DNA of 63,905 nt, filler included, from Octopus bimaculoides (Eukaryota): the NCBI RefSeq assembly GCF_001194135.2. It is 5 parts of 5 records of this genome, joined end to end, with 100 filler letters (N's around TTAATTAATTAA, not from the genome) between each part and the next. Parts side by side here need not be neighbours in the genome. Positions count along the whole stretch, not along the records: positions 1 to 27,675 come from NC_068993.1; positions 27,776 to 46,318 come from NC_068984.1; 3 more parts are not named here. One strand, given 5' to 3'. The number at the start of each line of letters is the position of its first letter. Position 1 is the first letter of the stretch. Shown piece by piece: positions 26,380 through 36,908 of this stretch. The notes beneath the pieces are model-generated. The model saw only the letters and a list, made by a program, of their open reading frames with translations. It made no database searches and was not told where the DNA came from. The position numbers were made by a program, and so were the translations under genes.

Positions 26380-27205
26380 CAAAGGACGAGAGAATCAAGA
26401 AATGGTACACTCATTTCTTCAGCTTACTTGGCAAGGATCCAGAAGTTGACAGTGAAACAAAAATTGAAAAATTAGCAAAGATATTTGATGGCTTGCAAAT
26501 CGAGGCTGCAGACTTTAGACGACATCATCCTTGAATTTGCAAACAAACTACAAATGACAATGTGAAGCAGATATGATGGTCTGAGATTGACTTTCTACTG
26601 CTGCCCAAAACTGGAGACCTAAGTGATATTGGGAATTAGAGAGGGATCAGTCTGTCATCCATTGTTGCAAAATGGTAAACAAGATGATACCTAACCGAAT
26701 AAAGCGATAAGATAGACAAACAACTGCGACCATGCGCAGTTGTTTGTCTATCTTAACGGTCAAGAGTATCTCACATTGTTGCAATTAGAAGACTGATAGA
26801 CGGAATTAAGAGCCATAGCAGGAAGGCTATCATTATCTATGTAGACTTTAAAAAGACTTTTCATTCAGTACATAGAGGAATGATGGAAGAGCCACACAAC
26901 AAACGCTGACTTGTACCAGAGACTACCAAAAGTAACTCTGAAGATACAGCATAGAAGGATGAAGCTAGCTGGACACTGCATCAGATATACCGATGAAATT
27001 GCTAACAAGCTAGTGCTCTGGCAACCAACTGAAGGAAGAACCAGGAGTGGAAAGAGGAAGACAACCTACATCGACAACTTGCTGGAGGATAATAGTATGG
27101 AAGGATTACAGGAGCTGAGGACCATTATGGAAGATCGAGATGAGTGGGGAAAACGTGTGGAAAAGTCTTGGGGAGTCGTGATGGACGACTTAAATAGATA
27201 GATAG
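26380..27205 (+). mobile_element. Internally deleted RTE-type LINE
   Basis: ERIKKWYTHFFSLLGKDP; LPKTGDLSDIGN*RGISLSSIVAK; YVDFKKTFHSVHR; RRMKLAGHCIR..LVLWQPTEGRTRSGKRKTTYIDNL..MEDRDEW; (GATA)n tail. Confidence 0.8.
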
Positions 27206-27775
27206 ATTTTTTCTCTGTATGTTGTAACACTTTTTAAATTGTACACGCCACCAAGAGTATATTTTATCTATTTCATAGATACTGTCAGTTAATCGGTTTT
27301 CTACACATTATGTTGCACATGGGAGATTCAACCTTAAGACTTCGGTATGAAGAGTGCTTGTCTGAGATATTCTACTGCAGCCATATTGTTAATCAGAAAA
27401 TTTGGGAATTCTTAAACTGATCAAATACGGAAGTTTCTGAATTATTGATTTTGGCATTCATATTCTGGAAGCCAGTCTACTGACATCTATTTGGCATGAA
27501 ATTTATATTTTTTCCACTTTTACTGAAATGATATTACTGACCGTCAAAACAAAATGATTTAACTAAATTTTATTATCACCTGATTTCTCAACGTGTAAAG
27601 ATGGCTAATCTCTCATCTTTTAATCAGAAATGATTATCTAATACCATCGGCACTTAAGTATATATATATATATATNNNNNNNNNNNNNNNNNNNNNNNNN
27701 NNNNNNNNNNNNNNNNNNNTTAATTAATTAANNNNNNNNNNNNNNNNNNNNNNNNNNNNNNNNNNNNNNNNNNNN

Positions 27776-28165
27776 TGTGTCACTATAAATGGAATGATCT
27801 TTTCCTGTTTGTCTTTTCTTTGCGGTGTCCTCAGTTGTTGCATGGGTATTTTCGAAGCCCGCTGAATACCATTTTCTATGAGTCGTGATGGGTATTTTTG
27901 CTTCAGCAGAAATTCTTTCAGTTCCATCAGGCGTTGATTTCTGGTCTCTATATCCTCTACAATAGACATATTCTCCTGGCTAGGCAGTATGGTATGTTGC
28001 GTTTTGTATGGGGTGGATGGCACGATTTAAAGTTCAAGTATTTGTGTGTGTCTGTGTGTTTGTAATATATATCTGTGGTAATGGCGGTGTTCTTTTTAAT
28101 TACCATTATATCTAGAAATGGTAATTTGCTACTGTTCATCTCCTTTGTAAATTGGATGGATGGGT
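27776..28165 (-). mobile_element. Penelope/Poseidon-type retroelement RT thumb fragment
   Basis: LPFLDIMV..TDIYYKHTDTHKYLNFKSCHPPHTKRNIPYCLARRI, one frameshift, then IVEDIETRNQRLMEL..QKYPSRLIENGI..IPFIVT; runs into a gap. Confidence 0.9.
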
Positions 28166-29199
28166 GTACACATACATGCACATACCAACACACACGTGCA
28201 TACGTATGCAAATTCAAAGTTACGGCCTTCTCATATAAAGTGCCTCACTGATTCTGCGTAAGAAATCTGTTGAGTACATCAGTCCATGTAATACGCAGGC
28301 GCTTAGAACTTAAAGTGAATGAGTAGATGATTTTGTTATACACATGTATGTATGTATGTATGCATGTATGTATGTTTGTATGTATGCATGTATGAATGTA
28401 TGTATGTATGTGCATACATATATGTATGTGGGGGGACGGTATGTGCGAACGTATGTTTATGGATAAAAAAACTTATAAATGAAGTCTCTATACGAAATGA
28501 ATAAATCAATTACCTTACACTTATATCCACTTCTATTCTTAATCCATATAATATGACTAATTGTGACTTGCAAATATATATCAAAATTTAATGTCAAAAA
28601 TCTACCAAAATTTAGACTGAGATGATAGAACGAAGCTCCCATTACACAAAGTTTGTTATAGTACTTTGAAAGGCTATAAATTTGAACTATAACCCAAAGC
28701 CATCTATTAGAAGTATAAAGCCCAAAATAACGAAATTGCGATATTTAGCAAATCTTTACTCGGCAAAGCAATCCAGTTAAAAAGTTATCACTCATTCCTT
28801 TATGACAAAGTATTACTGAAGTCATACAATGGCCTAATTGTTCTCCTCAAAAAAAGATGCCTACATTCTTACAACTTGACTAAAACCTTACAGTTTATTC
28901 ATTTCAATTTCTTTACTGGATACATTCATAACCAATTCTAAATTCTCAGATATTGATATAATATTGCATGCATATAAAACGTCCTTAAAACACCGAGGTG
29001 TTTTATTGATAAAATCATCATCGATTAGTCCATTTGATGTATTTATTCTTGCTAATAACTAGGCAGAGATTAGTAGTCTTAACTGCCGTTTCATCTCTTA
29101 TAATTTTAAAATAAACTTCCTCATACCGATGCGGGATTATACTAGATGAAGGCTCTACGCTTTCGTCTTTTTCTTTTTCGTTTACTTATCTATCTATCT

Positions 29200-29645
29200 A
29201 TGTAGCAAGGATGGCACGTGTGAACGACGGAGCCATCTTGAGCATAACCCTATGAACTAAAAAAAAAAAATCCAAGAAAAAAACAAAAAAACAAAAAGGC
29301 AAAAGAGAGTCACTTACTGTTATAGTTTCTTCAATGAGAATATTGACCAAGGTTACCGTGGTCTTTTCCGTAAGCTTTTCTTTCCACGGCCAAACCTAAA
29401 CTGTCCTCCCCTCCTTTTACACGAGAACATTACTGTGTGATACACGATCCCTATTGATCGCCCTTTTTTTTTCGATCCCTTTTGATCGAACTCCCCCCTT
29501 TTCCTTCCTACGATCCCTTTTGATCGACCCCCCCTTTTTTTCCCCTTCCCCTCCCAAAAAGAAAAGCTCCACATTGTATTTGTCCCATCTTCGTTGAGCC
29601 CTGTGTGGCTAATAAAAGAAATGTATCTATATATCTATCTATCTA
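29200..29645 (+). mobile_element. Unclassified retroposon 3' end with three short stem-loops, AATAAA and (CTAT)n tail
   Basis: Three CGATC-N6-GATCG units (29445-29526), AATAAA near 29610, and (TCTA)n on both flanks. Confidence 0.4.
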
Positions 29646-30529
29646 TTTGTACATTTGCAGCCCAGAAATTATTAACAGAGTTCAGGAAATTTTCATCGTG
29701 TTGAACTAATAGTTATTTTTCTTTTTTCGCTACTAAATCTCATGTTAACAAAGTCAACTTCTTCGATGTCACTCTTAAACATTCTAACTCTTACAATGTC
29801 CTATCTGTAAGACCTAAAGATTCCTTAAATTGCATTCATAAATGCTCTAAGTACCCTAAAAAACATTACCAGCATTCTAATCAGGAATATCTCTCTTAAA
29901 ATATTCGCCAATCAGCAAACTTTCAATGAACCTGCAGTTTATCACATAATGAAGCAATAACCAGAAACGGTTTCAAAGATGAAAAAGCCTATATATTGAT
30001 CCTATAACTAAAATCATGGAAACACAAACAATTTGAAAAAGAAACAAAACCGTTCTAAGCATGGTATAATATTTAACTTAACTCTAACCACTCGAATATC
30101 TGGATTTACCTTAAATTAGAAAACATTTCCACCCAGTGCATATATTTCAAAGAGTTCTTAATGAAAAAACAGTTAATACTTCTTTGCAGCAGCATATATA
30201 ATTTTAGGAAGTCTTTATATGCTCTAAATTACGAAGGCTCAATTCAAACTCTATCGTAACGTATGTGTAGCAATAACCTGACTCAAAAGAAGTGCACTTA
30301 TCATAGTAACGTATTTGTACCAACACTAGTACAGGCTATTCAAACTCTACAAGATTACTAATGATCTAAGATTAAGAGTGTATAAAAGCACTCCGACGAT
30401 TCTTGTCTGCCAACGTAAGAAATACATTTAAGAGACTCTCTTAAAGTAAGTAATGCAGTATTCGGTGTTCTGTCTAAGCATCCACGTTAAGTAGGTTTAA
30501 AAAGATTGCCTTCTGGTATTAATTCTACT

Positions 30530-30712
30530 TCAGGTGGCGAGCTGGCAGAATCATTAACACGCTTGACAAAATATGTTCTGGGTTTAAATTCCGGCAAGGT
30601 CGACTTTCTTTGCCTTTCATCATTTGGAGGTCGTTACAATAAGCACTGGAGCCGATGTAATCTCCTTACCTCTTCCACTAAATTGTTAGCCTTGTGTCAA
30701 AAATCTGAAACT
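30530..30712 (+). mobile_element. SINE family A (degenerate)
   Basis: GGTGGCGAGCTGGCAGAATC head and GGTCGACTTT core. Confidence 0.7.
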
Positions 30713-31437
30713 GATATTAATACTGCTTCTGTTGCTATTAATTGTTTTTTTTTAATAGCGGTATAATTTAAAAAGTCCTTGTAATAATCAGCAATTCATT
30801 GCACGCTTATATGTAGGTATAATTTCCATGTATTTTAAGTTAAACTATAATAAGCATGTGAACATATTTCGGAATCCTAGCCTAAGTTCAAACAACAAAA
30901 ATAACAGAAACAGCAGCAACAGCAATAATTACAACGGAACTTATTTTCAAGTGTTATGACCTTTAAAGTTTGCTCAAATCAATTTACACCCACTAAATCA
31001 AATTAAATACGCCACTTTTTCCTTTACAGCAACACTAAGGAAACCAAAAGGTATTTAGCAATGCATTCAGTCAGTGGTAAATATCATTTCATTTGATTGT
31101 ACGACTTTCAAGTTTGAACCTGTATCTTTAGGCCCGTGAAGTTCAAAGTCATCTTCCTTTCATTTTACAAGCATTTTTAGTGCTCAACATTTTATATATG
31201 CAAAATACACGAGAAAATGGAGTAAATTGTTGGTTAGATCTTCACAAATACGTTGCCTAAAATATACTCCGTTGTATGCCAAAATACACATAACTAAAAT
31301 ATTCTGTTTTATGCCAACATACGCATTTACATACACACACATACACACACACGCACGCACGAACGCATACACGCATGCTCACCCACATACATACATGCAT
31401 ACATACATACATTCATACATGCATGCATTCAACCAAG

Positions 31438-32050
31438 TAAGTACCTGATGCACAAAAGGAATAGAAATATAGGTAAAGCTTTAAAGTGTGACAACCGATG
31501 CAGACTTTGTGGAGTTCACACTGAAGATATCACCCACATCATATGCAGTTGTCCGAAAATGTCATCACGGTATTATGTACCAATGAGACATGACGTTGTA
31601 GCTAGGACACTCTATAATGAAATCCGTCGGAAGGATAATCCCGAGGACAAAGAAATAAGAACCCACAATATGGGAGAAGCAATAGCCACTCATAATAAAA
31701 AGGAATACTGATGGAATGCGCCTCAATAAAATGTAAGCACAACAGACCTGATATAATGATTTGGGATAGAGAAGAGAAACTGTACACAGCTATGGAAATT
31801 AGCTGCCCAGCGGATGTTAACATAAAGCTGAAGATCAGTGAAAAAGAGAAGAGCTATGTTTAATTATTGCGAAATCTGCAGTTACTCTATCCAGATTACA
31901 AGTTTAGGTTTATACCTGTAATTATTGCCTAAATACCAATCGTGAGGCTTCTCAAAACCAGAAAGGAGAAGGCTAATTCGAAGACTACAGATCCAATCCA
32001 TCACTGCAACTGTAAAATCTGTAAAACTTTCCTGTAGCGTATCATTTAAA
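31438..32050 (+). mobile_element. R4/Dong-like non-LTR retrotransposon 3' fragment (CCHC knuckle plus restriction-like endonuclease)
   Basis: CDNRCRLCGVHTEDITHIICSCPK..RHDVVA; KCKHNRPDIMIWD..MEISCPAD; FIPVII; LIRRLQIQSITATVK. Confidence 0.85.
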
Positions 32051-32099
32051 TATATATGAGCATGTCTAGATATGCAACTATATGCTTGAGAATACATAA

Positions 32100-32255
32100 A
32101 ACATACAAATCTGCTCATACATACATGCAAGCATGCATGCATACATACAGTCATACATACATACATACATACATAAATACATACATACATACATAGATAC
32201 ATACATACATAAATACACACATACATACATACATACATACACATACATACATACA
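32100..32255. repeat. (CATA)n microsatellite
   Basis: Directly visible, immediately 3' of the R4-like fragment. Confidence 0.95.
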
Positions 32256-32984
32256 AAAATACTCTGCTGTTGATGTTGAAATTCCAATGAAGGAGCCTTG
32301 GATCTAGGTTAGAAACCGGTTCTTTCTCTGTTGGCAAGAATTCTTGAAATGAACTGAATAATGACAAACATATAACAAGAAGCAAAGGGAATGAATAAAT
32401 CCAGGCAGATATCTAGAATGCGAGCTTGGCTTAACTATATCGAATAATCAGATGCCAATAAATTCAAATAGAATTAACATTCAAGATAATCCCTCATGCA
32501 TGACAAATGAATCCAAATATCGTCTAGAGGAATTTTAAGAAATGCGGAGTATATGACAACGTGAATAAAAATGAGAACATCCCGACTTTAATTGATGATT
32601 GCACCATGTACTGCAGACGATTGTTTCTGTCGTACCAGCTTATTTATATATAGAAAAAAGGTACAAAATACCAGTGAAACCAATATATCCGAAAAATTAT
32701 GCTAACACAATGTTATCAAGGGTACCCAAAACAGGTTAAATTCAAATTGAAGTGACATAATATCTCTAATACATGAACGCTTACAAAAAGAACTTTAATA
32801 AGAAATATAAAACACGTGGCAAATCATCCCCGGATTCGATAAATGCTACAGCAAAGACATCTCCCCGTAAAGAAACTGTAGGTTATGAGACTGATGCACA
32901 AGATAGTACTCGCAAGAAGCCGAGAGACTGTAGTCGGCTGCTACTGAGAAAGGAAAATATAAAGAATTTGGAGAAAGTAACAAA

Positions 32985-34520
32985 ATTAATGAAGATATAT
33001 TTTGGCAGTTCCGAGATGAGGTTTACAGCTGGTAATTCTACAATAGATTGGCACCGCTTGGAGACTGGTATTGCTGCTGGCTGCACAATATCTGTCATGT
33101 GGTTTATCCTAACCATGGAGATAATTTTGAAAGCGGCACGCATGTTGGAGCAAATGGCCCATGTACAATCACCTAAGAATGTCAGCATGGATGGCGTGAC
33201 ACTTTAGTCGATAGACAAGCAAATCATGCAGAGTGCCCTTTTGAGGATAGACAAAGTCGTCAAGGATGAGATTCGTAGCAAAAGATCGTGTAGTCTTACA
33301 TTTATCAAGGGTGTGCGAAAAGAAGTTATGTTTACGTTAGCAAGAGAAAGCATTCCAACAGTCAAGGAAGAACCCGTTAAGAGCTTGGGACGTGTATACG
33401 CTGGAAAATTGTTAGATATGAGTCGAAAGATGCAAGTTATGAAACAAACCGTGGATGGGCTAACATGGAAATATAAAATATGGTACTTACAGTTCGGTTT
33501 ATATCCTTTCGCCTTTCGTGATCACTTTTGTTATACGAAGTGGTACTGTCATGAGTTCAAATCACTGAGCTAAAGTATAATGTGTTCATTAGAAAGTGAC
33601 TAGGCCTACCTTGGATATTGAACATCTCAGCTCTCTATCATAAAAGAGACTCGTTGCAGTTACCACTGGCGTCAATAGGCGAAATAAAATAGGTAAGGTA
33701 CCAACGGTAATGAAATCACCAGATGTAATCCACCAGATATAATCCACCAGATGTAATCCACCAGATGTAATCCACTAGATGTAATTCACCAGATGTAAAA
33801 ACAGCCAGGAAGTGGAAGGCAGAAGCAGAGACTGATGACATCCTGTCTTCACTTACGCACCGAGATTTGGTGGGTGCGGAAAAGTTGGTACACTGAAACA
33901 TATTCTTTCCAACTGTTCACTGGCACTTTATAAATATACATGCAGACACAATTTGGTCCTTAAGGTTATCTTCAATGCTATAAAGAACCAAATTCCTCTC
34001 ATCAACAGTGGCGAAAACCCACTGAAGGAACCAGCCAAAGATTTCATTACCTTCGTGCTTTCAGGACAGCAAGTCCGTTTGAAGAAGAAATTTCCTGTGA
34101 GCGAGGAAAACTGGAACTGCTATTGAGGGGTGGCTGCAGATTTTCCAGGTTGCCAAGGATTCTTTCCCATTCCAGTTAAGAAGAAACCGGATATCATCAT
34201 ATGATGTGAAAGAAAGAAAGTGGTAAATCTAGCCGAGTTAACGGTTCCACATGAAGATAGCATGGATGCCGTTCGGGCCCGAGGGATTGACTGTTATGAA
34301 AACCTTCTCCAGGAATATGAAGACGCAAGCTAAAAAGTGGAGCATTTTCCAGTCTATGTCGGATGTAGAAGATTCGTTGTGAGGTGACTGTTGTTATCAT
34401 TAAGCCTAACAAATCGTAAAGCAAATACCACCATAAGTGATATCCAGACTACTGTGGAAAAGGCAAGCCACAATATTTGGTTCAAAAGAGACAATGAACA
34501 ATGGCTAGAAGAATATTGAG
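32985..34520 (+). mobile_element. Hero-like (R2 group) non-LTR retrotransposon, decayed RT plus RLE
   Basis: WHRLETGIAAGCTISVMWFILTME; IPTVKEEPVKSLGRVY; KTARKWKAE..LTHRDLVG; KPDIII..AELTVPHED..VYVGCR; WFKR. Clade label is inferred from the motif pattern. Confidence 0.8.
33716..33798. repeat. 14-bp tandem repeat x6 (TCCACCAGATGTAA) inside the Hero-like ORF
   Basis: Six units read directly. Confidence 0.9.
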
Positions 34521-35235
34521 CGAAATCCGGTAACCGTTTGATCTAACAAACGGGTCTTCATTTCAATGAGTGTGGGCCAGTGCAGAATGATGCCATTGAG
34601 AAGTAGGCCCCGAAAAGGCGCGCATTCTCTTCGGATGACCCCATAAACTTGCTAGCATCCGGTAGTTTATGGGGTAGTTTCAGCTGGTAGCACTTGCATC
34701 TGCAATTTCTTTGCAAAATGTCTAAGAACGTTAAGAAAAAATATATTCGAAGAAACGCTATTTATACATGCTGAAATAATTTCGGAAAATTATGTTCATT
34801 AGATAATAGGAAAAGCAATTATAATTATGTCGTTATTTATTACTGAAATATTTAAATGTTTTTATACTTCTATGAAAACATGGCCTAAATTTGTTCCTTT
34901 TTAATATGTACCTTAGCAATTCTTATTCAACGGACGATCATTCTATCGAGAAAACATTTTAAGATTTCAAGAGCTCATATTGCTGATGCAAAGAATAATG
35001 ACGAAGCCATTTTTATAATTTCTTTAAAATATGTTTTCCCTAATTTTATCGTACGCAATCAGAGTCTAAGCGCTAACATATACTGGTCATTGGTGCACCT
35101 TAGCATTAATTGTTTTAGTGTTACCATAAGAGCAATCTCAAAAACAAAGCCAATGAATAAGCCTCTACACAGACATTCGATCTATATGAATTAGCAACCA
35201 AATCTCCTTTAACATCACACCAGGCGCAGGCGAAG

Positions 35236-35608
35236 CTGTTTCCCAACTACATAGCTCTGAGTTCAGTCCCACTGCGTGGCACCTTGGACATGTGTCTTCT
35301 ACTGTAGCCTCTAGCCTCGGGGCGACCAAAGCCTTGTGAGTGAATTTGGTTGACGGAAACTGAATGAACCGCGTCGTATATAAAAAAAAATATATATGTT
35401 TGTGTATCTGTATTTGTCCCCCCCACCTTCGCGTGATAGCCGATGTTGGTGTGTTTACGTCCGCGTAATTTAGCGGTTTGGCAAAAGTAACGAATAGAAT
35501 AAGTACTAGGCTTACAAAGAATAAGTCCTGGGGTCGATCTGTTCGACTAAAGGCAGTGCTCCAGCATGTCCGCAATCAAATGACTGAAACAAATAAAAGA
35601 ATGAAAGA
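35236..35608 (+). mobile_element. SINE family B, near full length
   Basis: B-box-like GAGTTCAGTCCC, central TA/TG tract, 3' domain shared with 19303-19510 and 58181-58408. Confidence 0.8.
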
Positions 35609-35857
35609 AAAAAAGGAATATATTCTCAAGAAAAAGGGGTACATTACCATACTGCATAGTTTAATCACGAGTTCACTGTCTTGAAACCGATGGGATATTC
35701 ATGGAAGGAATGTATTTGATCATGCATAGCAAATAACATACTCAAGACTAAACAATACACTGTATACGTATATGCAAATATACATACTCATATACAGATA
35801 TACATATATGCAGATGTACATACATATACAGATATCTATACAGATATATCTACATAT

Positions 35858-36289
35858 AAAGTCTGATATTAGTTTTGGCAAAATTGCTCTGAAAGGGGTC
35901 TGACTCCCGATTTTTATTGGTTAGCTATCAGCTATCACAATTAACTACATGAATCAACGAAGCAGTATCTACGTGGTCGTCTACGCTATTGGAAATACCC
36001 GCCAAATCTCTCTCAAATCGTGCCAGAGCTTATATAGAAATACAAAGAGAGCATCAGATAATGTGCTCCTAGTTAAATAACACATTATCTGATGCTCCTT
36101 TTGTATTTTTATATAAGCTCTGGCGCGATTTGAGAGAGATTTGGCGGGTATTTCCAATAGCTTAGACGACCACGTAAATACTGCCTCGTTAGTTCATGTA
36201 GTTAATGGTGATAGCTGATAGCTAATCTACTAAAAATCGGGAGACAGACCCCTTTCAGAGCAACTTTGCCAAAACTAATATCAGACTTT
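35858..36289. repeat. Long fold-back palindrome (~208 bp arms, 15 nt spacer)
   Basis: 35858-36065 is the reverse complement of 36081-36289, about 92% identical by eye. Confidence 0.95.
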
Positions 36290-36649
36290 CAAAATGTCTT
36301 CTGTTCACGTGAACAATAACCTCAGATTCTCATTGTTGTTTGAATGGTTTGTAAAATGATGGGAGGATAAGGATTTGATTCATACACCAACCAATTTTCG
36401 TTATATCATTTGCTATTTGGCCATTATTATTCTCTAACACTTCTACTGATTTTTATTGTGGCATTCAATGCGAGGTTGGCTATCACATGTGATTCGCAGA
36501 AATGGTGAAATCACACCATACGGCACTGCCATCCAACTCTGCAGACGATAATTTCGTCAGCTGATATAATCGGTGCTTAATTAGCTCATATCGTCAAAAC
36601 TAGATGGTATCTCCGGACGTGTACAGTAGTTCTAGTTGGTCTAATCAAT

Positions 36650-36908
36650 GGAATAGTCTGCCAGCGAAATTAATGTACAAGTGGCTGAGCACTCCCTAGA
36701 TACGCGTAACCTTAACGTAGTTGTCAGGGAGTTTCGGTGTGACACAATGTGATAAGGCTGGCCCATTTAATTACAGTTAAAACTTTTTTCCAGCTAAGAG
36801 GACTGAAGCAGCGTAAAATAAGGAGCTTTACTCAAGGACACGACGCTCTGAGGGGAATCGAACTCACGACCGTATGATAGTGAGCCGAGTACTTTAACCA
36901 TTTAACCA
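36650..36908 (-). mobile_element. tRNA-headed SINE family D
   Basis: Minus-strand head with GTGAGTTCGATTCCC B box, then GTGTCCTTGAG and a SINE body. Confidence 0.7.

Noticed and set aside
27720-27731. TTAATTAATTAA motif flanked by Ns (also at 46363-46374, 56402-56413 and 62638-62649)
   Set aside because: An identical 12-mer centred in equal N runs with stops in all six frames; an assembly gap spacer, not biology
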